DNA of 64,000 nt from Macrostomum lignano (lineage: Eukaryota): assembly GCA_002269645.1 (NCBI GenBank), contig NIVC01000317.1, positions 372,001 through 436,000 of the forward strand, in the 5' to 3' direction. Below, piece by piece: positions 26,341-40,292 of this stretch; within the stretch, counting starts at the first letter, position 1; each line of letters opens with the position of its first letter. The notes beneath the pieces were generated by a model, which saw only the letters and a list, made by a program, of their open reading frames with translations, was not told where the DNA came from and did no database searches. A program made the translations under genes and the position numbers.

Positions 26341-28708
26341 CTAGAGGATCCGGTATTTCTGCCCGCTGCTGCCGCTCCCGCTGAGCACCTTCTGCTGGCG
26401 GCTTCTCAGTTTAGCCAGAGCCATCGTGAGCAGCAGAACAAGCAACAGTACGATGCAGGCCATCGCGCACACAGCCGCCAACATCACCCAGTTGTACAGG
26501 GACAGCAGCAGCTCTTTGTCCGACTTGGCATGGCCGGCGCTACCGCAAGGCTGTCGGGTGGTTAATGGTGGCTTAAAAACTTTGGCTTCTGTTAGATAAG
26601 CTGCTTACAGATTATGGCTGCGATACAGGTAGGTGCAGCCATGCAGTACGTGTCTAACAGGTGGAACCATATTCCAGAGGGTGACACACACTGTCTAACA
26701 GGTGGAACCATATTCCAGAGGGTGACACACACTGTCTAACAGGTGAAACCATATTCCAGAGGGTGACACACACTGTCTAACAGGTGGAACCATATTCCAG
26801 AGGGTGACACACACTGTCTAACAGGTGGAACCATATTCCAGAGGGTGACACACACTGTCTAACAGGTGGAACCATATTCCAGAGGGTGACACACACTGTC
26901 TAACAGGTGGAACCATATTCCAGAGGGTGACACACACTGTCTAACAGGTGGAACCATATTCCAGAGGGTGACGCACTGTCTACTAAGTTGGAAATAACAG
27001 CAAATGGTTTAATTAACTGAAGCACTGAACAGCTGAACAGCCAATAATAGCTCGTAGCAACTGCAATACCAAACCAATTGCCCCAGTCAGCATCACCTGG
27101 TCGTGGATCACGGCCGCTTTAAACAGTCTGTGAAGTCCGACGAGGCCGATGCAAGCGATGCCGCCTCCCCGGTGATACTGCGTCTCTGCCCGGTTCATGT
27201 CGCCGATGCACGTGTGCGGCTTGGCATCAGTCTGGGCAGTCACGCACCACTTCGAATGGTCCTTTGTAGACTTAAACTGCGTCTGGTTCCCGATGCGAAC
27301 ATCGAGCACTTTGGTGACATTGTAGCGCCTGTTGCATGTCGAATTCAGCAGCTCTTTGCCGTGCTGCCAGGTTTCTACCTGCGTAAAACACAAAACGCAA
27401 AACTACCGATTACATGTAAAACAAAAAATTTACTAAAAATTTTGTAAAACTGCACTTCTTCTTTTGTAGAAGTATTGAAGTATAGAAGTATCTAAAAAAC
27501 ACATTTTTTTACAAATCAGTACAAAATATCTGATAATTCTGTACGTGCAGCCACGGAAGAATTAGGACACTATACAGTTGGTTTCTTAGAAATGAACCGG
27601 AAGGAACATATATTTGTAGTATCACTGGTGTATTTACTACTCTAGAGCTGAATGGGGTTTGGCCATAGACTAATTCAGTCGAGAAAAGTCCGCTTTTTCT
27701 ATAATAACATTCAAATGCGCTAGCGATCCTGCTAATCCGCTGGATTCCCTACCTGCCTTAAGATCATTTCTAAGAAAATCGAGTGCAACTGTCCTTTTAC
27801 TGCAATTTTCGATGCGTGCAACTCAGATCCGGAGTAAAGTGAGGTTTGGCCTTTATTTAATTTTCTATACATGTGAAACGCGAGATTCACGTCATTATAC
27901 AACGGGTCATTTCCAGTGATCCCACTGGATGTGATCCCACAGAAGCAATATACCTGAATGTTCGACTGAAGCTGACCAGCCAACAGGTAAGAATACAGGT
28001 CCTGCTTCAGGTGCGGAGACTTGGCCAGGTGCATCACGGACAGGCCACCGGAGGTCACCAGCTTGACAGTGGAATTCATCAAAGCCTTCGGTGGCTGCTT
28101 CCGTTTCTTCAGATCTGCCCAGCTGGGCCAGGCGGCCTCGGCGGCGGGGCTGACGCTGAGGCTGTAGAGGTCCGGGTGCGAGACGAACAGCTGGCTGCCG
28201 ATGATGTTGGCCATCTTTGCGCTGTCCACGGTCAGGCAAAGGAAGCTCTGGCCGTATTTCATCCCAGTGTCCGGGTACTCGTAGCGATGCAGGCTCATGT
28301 TCGGGAACTTTGGCACGCTGTGGATCAGCCAGAAGCCTTTCTGGCCAGACTTCAAAGCGACGAGCCCTTTCATGTGGCCGAACGCGCTGCTGCCGATGCT
28401 GCTGCTGTTGTTGTCCTCTGGCGGCTCGTCGTTGTACGCGGCCAGAACATCGGCGGCGGCATTGGAGCCGGCCTGCAGGACCTGGCTGACGGTGCTGAAC
28501 ACGGGCCATCCCGGGTGATGTCGCAGCCATCCGGCTGAATCCAGGCGGTTGACGAATTCGAGCTGACGTAGGCGTAGTGTCCGGAGTGCGGCTGCTTCAG
28601 CAGAGCGAACCAGTCCAGAGGAAAGCCATCGGCATCCAAGCACTGGAACTCGGCTGATGCAGCATGAACCAGCCAGGCTGATAGCGATAAAACAAATTTG
28701 TAGTTCAT
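26341..28708 (-). CDS. DNASE2: Deoxyribonuclease II family protein with signal peptide, C-terminal TM helix and YxxPhi tail (3 exons, ~415 aa; one 1-bp frameshift near 28503)
   Basis: Exons 28708-27954, 27378-27097, 26550-26341. Signal MNYKFVLSLSAWLVHAASA; DNase II motifs CLDADGFPLDWF, AYNDEPP, GHMKG, GFWLIHSVPKFP, YGQSFLC, HLAKS, ETWQ, KDHSKWC, CIGDMNR...RGGG..C, terminal PC. Exon 3 adds WVMLAAVCAMACIVLLLVLLLTMALA then KLRSRQQK...QKYRIL*. Exon 1 is 755 nt (3n+2); one extra C in a C3 run restores DGPVFST. Confidence 0.88.
26651..26980. repeat. 41-bp minisatellite, DNase II intron 2
   Basis: Tandem TGTCTAACAGGTGGAACCATATTCCAGAGGGTGACACACAC. Confidence 0.95.
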
Positions 28709-29235
28709 ATTGTTCACACCGCTGTAGTGCGTGGGTGTAGAGCTTTATTTCAGTTATTATATATAGTAATTAGTATACTTATCAGTCAGAAAGCTTGCAG
28801 AGAGCGCTAATTAGCATGACTAATACAGCAACTGCGGCTCAGTGCATGCAGCGCGAAGGGGTGGGGGGCTACGACGGAAATTGCAGCTTCAATTTTTCAC
28901 TCTTGCTTTAAAATACTCGTTGTTTATTGGCTGGCCTTAAAATATCAGATACAGTGCATGTGTCTTCGTGCGCACGATTCACTTAATACGCCTGCTTGCT
29001 TCCATCAGTTATACATGTTGTATGTACATTTGTATCCATTGTCAAGTAGTGTCTGTTTTTATAGCTCTCTTTTAACAGAAGCAAAGCTTTAAGCACAGAT
29101 CTTACAGATAGTACACATTTATTTATACAAGCCCTTCAAGCTTCACCATCTTACATTAACATTACAAGAGCGTATGTACGCATTTGGTAGGCAAATTCTG
29201 CTTCATATAGCTTGAAGACGGCGCCTTACTGGTAA

Positions 29236-29308
29236 GCCCGGTTAGCTCAGTCGGTAGAGCATGAGACTCTTAATCTCAGGGTCGTGGGTTCGAGCCCCAC
29301 ATTGGGCG
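29236..29308 (+). tRNA. tRNA-Lys-CTT: tRNA-Lys (anticodon CTT)
   Basis: GCCCGGTTAGCTCAGTCGGTAGAGCATGAGACTCTTAATCTCAGGGTCGTGGGTTCGAGCCCCACATTGGGCG: 73 nt, canonical cloverleaf, A/B boxes, anticodon arm TGAGA-CTCTTAA-TCTCA. Confidence 0.97.
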
Positions 29309-29311
29309 AAA

Positions 29312-29318
29312 TTTTTTT
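29312..29318 (+). terminator. RNA Pol III terminator (T7) of tRNA-Lys
   Basis: T-run 3 nt after the tRNA 3' end. Confidence 0.85.
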
Positions 29319-30176
29319 ACTCCTTTGCGATTTCTTCAAAGTTTAAATTATAACGTTACTTCCCTTACTACATTAGTCATGCTTAGTTACGCTAACTAAA
29401 TATTTTTAATATTTTATTTATTCTCATTGAATTTCTTTCAAGCATACGTCTATGGCTTAATTTGATAGCTTGCCAAAATCAACCCCCTGGCCTAGCCTTG
29501 CGACTCGAGTCGGCTCAAACAAGTCTGCTTCTGTGGGACTTTCTAAATTAGGACAGTAGGCCTAAACCTAATTCGACTGACTAATTTTTAGCTGTTCACA
29601 ATTTAAAGCTCAATTTGATGCAAAATGTATTCATTTAAGGTTCTTAAACGTAGGCGATATGTATCGAAAAGTTACTTCATAGATCTAAGGTTGGTAGTTG
29701 GCAGTAATCAATCTATATCGTGTTCGCTTACTAATGAGTAGCAATCAAAGAATGTGAAACTATTTTGATTGTGTACTGAGCAGTAGCTGTAAAATAGCCG
29801 TAAAATAATTTGCTATTTTATTTAAAATAATGTATTCATGTGCAGCAAGCGAAGAACGTATTGTTAAACAAGAGAGTAGCGTTATTAAAAATAACAGGCA
29901 TTCATTGTGCGTCGAAAGCAGTAGCTCGTGCACACACAGCTTGAGCTGTCGCGGTACTACTTTATTGTGCGAAAAAATTTTCAGCAAAAAGCACAGGAAA
30001 TTCTGCCTTTTTTTAGAGGCTTCTCAGCATCATATAAAACAATTCAATGTAGAGTTATTGCAAAACCCTTTGAGTAGCAGTGCTTTTGATTTGACAGGCA
30101 TTCAATTAAAATAATATCATTGCAGTTGTTTTATCTTTAATTATGCGATTTTTCACAGACATTTTTGAGCTCGCGA

Positions 30177-30830
30177 TCAATTTGATTTTTTTTGCTCTTC
30201 CACCTCCTGGTCCCGGCTTATCAACCTGAATTGGTGGAGGGGATAGCGGGGTGTATGTGTATATGTTTGTTGCCATAGCAACTGTATGTGTGTACTGATG
30301 CTTCAGTTTTGAACGTTCAACTAGAGGGAGTTGCTAGGGGCGCCAATTCATGTGCTGGGGGGCGCGGATTCATGTGCTGGGGGCGCCAGTTCATGTACTC
30401 GGGGGCGCCGATTCATGTGCTGGGGGCGCCGATTCATGTGCTGGGGGCGCCGATTCATGTGCTGGGGCGCCGATTCATATGCTGGGGGCGCCAGTTCATG
30501 AGCTGGGAGTTACCCATTCGTCGCCGCTGTCTGGTTCCGCGCCCCCGGCGGCAGCTGCACATTCCAGTTGGTGGCCATCCGCATGGCAGCCAGGAACTCC
30601 TCGCTGGCGAACGCCGCCAGCCGCAGGGTCGGCTGCCCCAGCTCGCTGATGGCCTCCAGCCGACTGTTGGACGAGCCGCTGCCGCCGCTGCCGCCGCCGC
30701 CGCTGCCGCTGCCGCCGCTGTCGCCGCCTGGTGCCCGACGCTTCGACGGTGATGAAGGTGGCGGCGGCGGCTGCCGCTGCCGCTGCTGTTGGGACTTCTT
30801 TGACCACCGAGACGACAAGCTGGTCGACAT
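30177..30830 (-). CDS. Hypothetical ~121-aa protein, 2 coding exons, low-complexity N-terminal half
   Basis: GC-rich exon 30830-30514 (MSTSLSSRWSKK...RLEAISELGQPTLRLAAFASEEFLAAMRMATNWNVQLPPGARNQTAATN) ends at a GG|gtaact donor; intron holds a ~22-bp minisatellite (30340-30500); acceptor ttcag gives in-phase exon 30225-30177 (GLISRDQEVEEQKKSN*). No family recognised; start could be upstream (ORF open from 30878). Confidence 0.5.
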
Positions 30831-31690
30831 GTCGTTTGTTGATTCTGACTCGGCCGGGAAGCTGCTATGATGAGGCAAGCGAAACTGACACGCCGGTCCC
30901 GCAGGCTGTCCAGCTATTTATTGAGCTGGGCTCCAACGCCCCCTTCTCAACGTGGTGGGCCGCTCTCGGCGGGTCGGCGCTGGTTTTAAAATTAGTCAAA
31001 CTCTACCGCGCAGATTGGGTCAGTTTAGGACATGAATTAAGCAAAGCAAGACATGCCAAAATGCTGCCATGGAGGTCTGGAGCCTGTGACCTGGAGTGCT
31101 CACTCTTGTCCAAGCACCCGCTCACAGCCTGTTGCTTCGAAGGGTAATTACAGTTGCTGTCTGGCAATGGTTAAGAGTCCAGCTTCTGGTTCTGGGACTC
31201 CTTGGCTCTGCATAGCCGTAGATTTCTTTGTTCCGAGCGATGATCGCAGGCCAAGGTTTGATTGACAGACGGCGCGCGGGGCAGAGAGGAGGCCACCAAC
31301 CCCCCCGCTGAGCTGCCCTTCAAGGCGCAAGCCCCCCCCCCCGAAGTTGGAGGCAGAGAGTGTTGCAATTAACATCAAATTTACGGGGCAAGATGAGTGC
31401 GTGTTACTCGAACTCATCTGTCACTGCTGCCTACCTGGGTGTCGCCCAAGCATAAATTGAAATTCCTTCCAGTTCCAATCGGGAATTTCAAAAATCTGAA
31501 TTACTCCAGTTGGAATAGGAACCCCAGAATAATAAGCACACCTGAAAATCAGTGCTGATGGTTGCCGAGCCAATCAATAAATTATCGCTGACAGGTATAT
31601 AACAGCCGACTGTAGAGACGCTTGACGCTGCCTTTGATCTCTCTCTCTCTCTCTCTAGCTCCCAATCTGAACTCACTCAAAGCTCAGGAG

Positions 31691-32393
31691 ATGTACAAGC
31701 TGCTTATGCTGACGCTGTTTCTGGCGTTGTGTCTCCAACCCGACATTCGCCCGGTCCTCGGCCGCAGCACCGGCCTAAGAGGAGCTCGAGAGGTGCGGCA
31801 GCGCTGGTCTGACACACCGTTTAAGGCGCTCATCCCGCCCGAGTACGATGCGAACGCCAGGGCCAAGTTCTGGCTGCTGTACCAGCGGCCCAGGTCAGGC
31901 TGTGGGGGTGTGGGGTCAGGAGTGAGGGGTGTGGGGTCAGGAGTGAGGGGTGTGGGGTCAGGAGTGAGGGGTGTGGGGTCAGGAGTGAGGGGTGTGGAGT
32001 CAGGAGTGAGGGGTGTGGAGTCAGGAGTGAGGGGTGTGGAGTCAGGAGTGAGGGGTGTGGAGTCAGGAGTGAGGGGTGTGGAGTCAGGAGTGAGGGGTGT
32101 GGAGTCAGGAGTGAGGGGTGTGGAGTCAGGAGTGAGGGATGTGGGGTCAGGAGTGAGGGGTGTGGAGTCAGGAGTGAGGGTTGTGGGTCAGGAGTGAAGG
32201 GTGTGGGATCAGGAGTGAGGGGTGTGGGATCAGGAGTGAGGGGTGTGGGATCAGGCATTGAAATTTATGTAGATCGTGAATTAATTGCGCACTACTCGTA
32301 GCTAAGCAACCATACAGCTCAAATGGGCATCAGTAAAATTTAAATATTTATTTACGAGTAAAATTGTCCACATATTTCAGGTTCGGCAGGTAG
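31691..32393 (+). CDS. NPY/NPF-like neuropeptide precursor 1 (71 aa, ends LYQRPRF-GR*)
   Basis: Exons 31691-31893 and 32381-32393. Signal MYKLLMLTLFLALCLQP; ...RQR-WSDTPFKALIPPEYDANARAKFWLLYQRP AG|gtcagg...tttcag|G TTC GGC AGG TAG gives R-F-G-R-stop. Phase-2 intron in the last Arg codon. Confidence 0.9.
31905..32255. repeat. 21-bp G-rich minisatellite in intron of precursor 1
   Basis: Tandem G(G/A)GTCAGGAGTGAGGGGTGTG. Confidence 0.95.
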
Positions 32394-32624
32394 TCAGTCG
32401 GACCCAACTGTGGATAGAGATTAAGAAGCCCAAGCGACTGAGCCCCGTGTCAGCGCCTTTCTTATTGAAAGAAAACCAACAAAGAAAAATTGATTAATAA
32501 ATCTCTAAAATTTCAAAGCTCAATTGGAATTCTAATTTGCAATCTCAAAACAGCGCGGATCGAAGTCTTTGTTTCCTTTGTTTAATTTCTGCCAGATTTC
32601 AAAGGCGAGGAACCCACACTTACC

Positions 32625-32885
32625 GCCATAGGAACCCACACTTACCGCCATAGGAACCCATACTTACCACCCTAGGAACCCACACTTACCACACTGGGAA
32701 CCCACACTTTGCACCCTAGGAACCCACACTTTGCACCCTAGGAACCCACACTTTGCACCCTAGGAACCCACACTTTGCACCCTAGGAACCCACACTTTGC
32801 ACCCTAAGAACCCACACTTACCACACTAGGAACCCACACTTACCACTCTAGGAACCCACACTTTGCACCCTAGGAACCCACACTA
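32625..32885. repeat. 22-bp minisatellite between the convergent neuropeptide genes
   Basis: Tandem GGAACCCACACTTTGCACCCTA variants. Confidence 0.9.
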
Positions 32886-33166
32886 CCGCCCCACAGAGTC
32901 CAAACTGCTGCCCCAGCAACCGCCCTACCAATGAGGCTTAACTCAGTTTCAATTCGGCATTCTGAGAACAATCAAATAAAAAAACAAATTTCATTAATCG
33001 TCGCACACAAGAGCTGATGAATTTGCCTAAATTATTGATTTTATTCGGGTCTGCGGCAGCTGTTTATTTCCAATAAATAGATGTTTTGAGTTAGTTACTC
33101 AGCTGACCTCGGTGAGTCATCGGATCGTGCCTGCGCTTCAGCTGGGGAACTCTGTTGAATAGGGAT

Positions 33167-33888
33167 TTATCGACCGAATCTACAATATAGGATGAATAGA
33201 TTTCTGTGACAGTGACAGTGAAAGTGACAGTGACATTAAAAGAGAAAGTGACAGTGACAGTGGTAGTGACAGTGATAGTAACAGGTACAGTTACAGTGAG
33301 AGTTACAGTGACAGTGACAGTGACAGTGACAGTGACAGTGACAGTGACAGTGACAGTAGCAGTGACAGTGACAGTAGCAGTGACAGTGACAGTGACAGTG
33401 ACAGTGACAGTGACAGTGACAGTGACAGTAGCAGTGACAGTGACAGTAGCAGTGACAGTGACAGTGACAGTGACAGTGACAGTGACAGTGACAGTGACAG
33501 TGACAGTGACAGTGACAGTGACAGTGACAGTGACAGTGACAGTGACAGTGAAAGTAACTGATAGTGACAGCGACATTAAAATGGAAAGTGACAGTGACAG
33601 CGCCGCAGACGCTCACCGAGGTCTCTGATACAGAATCCAGTGCTTCAGAATCTCCTTTACGGACTTCTTCTTCACGCTGAGGCGCCCGCCTCCCTGCAAC
33701 CACCGGCTGCTGCCAGCCGCCGAAGCCTCAGACGGAGCCTCGAACTCGCCAAAACTGATCTTGCCGGCCTCTTCCAAGTCAGCTGGTTGGGTCGACTCCA
33801 GGATGCTCCGACATTGAACGGCTCGACAGGTCAGGATGAGGAGGAGCAGCAGTGCCGCTGGCTGCTGGATCAGCTGATTGATCGGCAT
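33167..33888 (-). CDS. NPY/NPF-like neuropeptide precursor 2 (94 aa, ends LYQRPRF-GR*)
   Basis: Exons 33888-33617 and 33179-33167. Signal [26 protein letters not shown]; ...[33 protein letters not shown]|gtgagc...ttgtag|A TTC GGT CGA TAA gives R-F-G-R-stop. Intron contains (GTGACA)n. Confidence 0.9.
33206..33600. repeat. (GTGACA)n hexanucleotide microsatellite in intron of precursor 2
   Basis: Direct observation. Confidence 0.97.
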
Positions 33889-34084
33889 GTCCGAGCGGAT
33901 CCTGCAATAATCGGTCAGTGTTTTAGGCGTACAGCTGGTCGAATTCAAAGGGAATCACTTCACAAACTGAAAACTGGAACCTTTCACATTTCTTGTTGGC
34001 GAAAGTGGATACTAAAGCAGTTATCTACGAAGTGAAGTTTCTAGGTTTTAGAAGTGATTTGTTTTCTAGGAAAAGGCAATTGTA

Positions 34085-34750
34085 TAGTTCGTGAATTGTC
34101 TAGTTTGTGAACTGTCTAGTTTGTGAATTGTCTAGTTTGTGAATTGTCTAGTTTGTGAACTGTCTAGTTTGTGAATTATCTAGCTTGTGAACTGTCTAGT
34201 TTGTTAATTGTGTATTTTGTGAAGTGTCTAGTTTGTAAGTTTCTATTTTGTGAATTATATAGATTGTGAAGTGTTTAGTTTGTGAATTATATAGATTGTG
34301 AAGTGTCTAGTTTGTGAATTTTCTAGCTTGTGAATTGTCTAGTTTGTGAATTGTGTATTTTGTGAAGTGTCTAGTTTGTGAAGTGTTTAGTTTGTGAATT
34401 ATATAGATTGTGAAGTGTCTAGTTTGTGAATTTTCTAGCTTGTGAAGTGTCTAGTTTGTGAATTGTGTATTTTGTGAAGTGTCTAGTTTGTGAAGTGTTT
34501 AGTTTGTGAATTATATAGATTGTGAAGTGTCTAGTTTGTGAATTTTCTAGCTTGTGAAGTGTCTAGTTTGTGAATTTTCTAGCTTGTGAATTGTCTAGTT
34601 TGTGAATTGTGTATTTTGTGAAGTGTTTAGTTTGTGAATTATATAAGTTTGTGAAGTGTCTAATTTGGGAATTTTCTAGGTTGTTAATTGTATAGCTTGT
34701 GAATTGTCTAGTTTGTGAATTGTATCGTTGTGAAGAGTCTAGTTTGTGAA
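34085..34750. repeat. 16-bp minisatellite
   Basis: Tandem TTGTGAA(T/G)TGTCTAGT variants. Confidence 0.9.
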
Positions 34751-35199
34751 AAAGCTTGTAAAATTTTGTAAAACTTTACTCAGACTCACATAGACTTTCA
34801 ACTTCTTTAGATGATCAGATGTTGAGTTTCGTTCTAAAAGAATAATTATTGCGCTGCCGGTCCGGTCCGTCTTGAGTGCGCAACGAAAATAGCCGTCCGT
34901 TTCAAGAGTCCATTTATGACTGGGCCGCGAGCCCTTAGGCTCCAAAAACTGATCGCACCCCATTGGCTTTCAGACCGCCGGATCTTCAGCAAGTGTATAG
35001 GAACTCATGTGAGTTTATTTTTAAACTTTCAATAATTTTAACCCAGCCCGAACCATCCTGCCGGCCCTCCGACGGTACGTCTGACAGACGGTGGTAATTA
35101 GAAATGTGGACAAGGAGAACTGGATGTAATATCTGGACCGTGAATTGCAGAGAGATGGGGCACTGCGAGGTCCACGGGCGCTGGGCCATTAAATTATCG

Positions 35200-35720
35200 A
35201 TTGATTTCTTATCTTCTCTCATCCCTCCAATTATCGATAACGATCGATAATCGATTGACTTCTCATCTTCTCTCATCCCTCCAATTATCGATAACGATCG
35301 ATAATCGATTGACTTCTCATCTTCTCTCATCTCTCCAATTATCGATAACGATCGATAATCGATTGACTTCTCATCTTCTCTCATCTCTCCAATTATCGAT
35401 AACGATCGATAATCGATTGACTTCTCATCTTCTCTCATCTCTCCAATTATCGACAATGATCGAGATTATCGATTGACTTCTCATCTTCTCTCATCCCTCC
35501 AATTATCGTTTATCGATTGATTTCTCATCTTCTCTCATCCCTCCAATTATCGATTATCGATTGATTTCTCATCTTCTCTCATCCCCCAATTATAGATTAT
35601 TGATTAATTTCTCATCTTCTCTCATCCCTCAAATTATCGATAATGATCGATAATCGATTAATTTCTGATCTTCTCTCCTCCCTCTAGTTATCGATAAGGA
35701 TCAATTATTGATTGATTTCT
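35200..35720. repeat. ~51-bp minisatellite
   Basis: Tandem ...TTCTCATCTTCTCTCATC(C/T)CTCCAATTATCGATAACGATCGATAATCGATTGA; degenerates rightwards. Confidence 0.85.
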
Positions 35721-36369
35721 TATCTAAGATTCCTTTTGCCTTTCAAGGGTAATTTTCTAGATTTATTTATTTTCATTTGTCAGTTTTAACTTTACTATTT
35801 ACTATATTCAATTCTTATCAAAATCCTACGCCTAGCTGTAGATCCAACTCTCCTTGCACAGGTGGGGTGGGTAAGTTCTATTCAGCCATGCAGGAAGATC
35901 ATCAGTCATTCACCTGGCGCCTTGACCCGGAGCCCGGGTTTCATAATTCACTTGTGAGTTGCTTTTTTTAGCCTGCCGGTGCCACCCCACTCCCCGATTA
36001 TGGGGTGAATCTTGTCGCTGATGAGCACTTCATCTGGCGGGGAACCAGGCTATTGAGCTGGGGATGGGCTGCGGCACCTCTGATACGCCAGACTGATTGA
36101 TAGTGCAAAAGATATTGCCGATATTTCAATGGAGTGTGATCGGGGACATTGCGAGTGACTGGGGTGTGATCGGGGCCATTTTAACAGATTGGGGTGTGAT
36201 CCGGACAAATATTATAGAAATTTCTAGTGCAAAGGGCGTGGCTGCAAAAAGAATTTTTCTTGACGGTTTTGAATAGAAAATGCGCGCTTCAGATTTCCAA
36301 AGAAGTCTGCCAGCCAAATCCACTGCCAGTCGCGATAATAAGTCTCACCTTGACAGAACGCGTGAAAAC

Positions 36370-39372
<3,003 letters not shown>

Positions 39373-39669
39373 CATTGTCAAGAGACTCTGGATGCGGGAG
39401 CCGCATCTGGACGGGGACTGTATCCAGAAAATCAATTTGATTAGACTCTTTTTAGATTACCAAAGAGCAGCCCGCATTGTGCCTCTGACATTTTGACAAA
39501 GGAAACGATTTATGCTGGCAGTTTGAGGCTCTGAGTGATTACTTCTATCTCTTGTATTTCATAGACAAATGCCACCTGCTGAGGTGAATTCTGCTGCTAA
39601 TTCAGTGGCAATTCAAAGCGATCAGAAGTGTCTGCCATGTGCGCAATTTTGGAAACTGCCAACTTTGTC

Positions 39670-40010
39670 TGTCTGTAAGCGCTACATGCTGTAAACTGTA
39701 TCTGTCTGTAGGCACTGTGTGCTGTAAACTGTATTTGTCAGTAGGCACTGTATGCTGTAAACTGTATTTGACTGTAGGCACTGTGTGCTGTAAACTGTAT
39801 TTGTCTGTAGGCACTGTGTGCTGTAAACTGTATTTGTCTGTAGGCACTGTATGCTGTAAACTGTATCTGTCTGTAGGCACAGTGTGCTGTAAACTGTATT
39901 TGTCTGTAGGCACTGTATGCTGTAAACTGTATCTGTCTGTAGGCACAGTGTGCTGTAAACTGTATTTGTCTGTAGGCACAGTGTGCTGTAAACTGTATTT
40001 GTCTGTATCG
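39670..40010. repeat. 39-bp minisatellite
   Basis: Tandem GCTGTAAACTGTAT(T/C)TGTCTGTAGGCAC(T/A)GT(G/A)T. Confidence 0.93.
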
Positions 40011-40292
40011 TAGGCTGTACTGCATCAATATAGTTTAATAAATATTTTTTTCTATTTAAAGTAAAATTTCCAATTCACAGAAAACAACCCCACCTTTCAG
40101 ATGTCCACTGTAATTATATATGATCACTGTATGTACACTACTTATTAAACGTATACACACTGCATTGTCATTGTTTAGTGTCAGTCCAGCTCAGTAAAAC
40201 AAACGAAGGATTTGTTAATTCAAGTAATTTGTCCTGTTGCTCCATTATTTGCACAGCGCTAACTGTTTCTGAAGTCCGCGCTTCATTGCGCG

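Noticed and set aside
26651-26980. Regular direct repeats resembling a CRISPR array (also 9061-9655 and 40508-41385)
   Set aside because: Units are head-to-tail with no unique spacers, lie in eukaryotic introns, and there are no cas genes.
27013-27096. Read-through hydrophobic tail of DNase II exon 2 (VMLTGAIGLVLQLLRAIIG...) as the true C-terminus
   Set aside because: It lacks the conserved terminal PC, which is supplied by exon 3 via a clean phase-0 GT-AG splice; kept only as a possible minor isoform.
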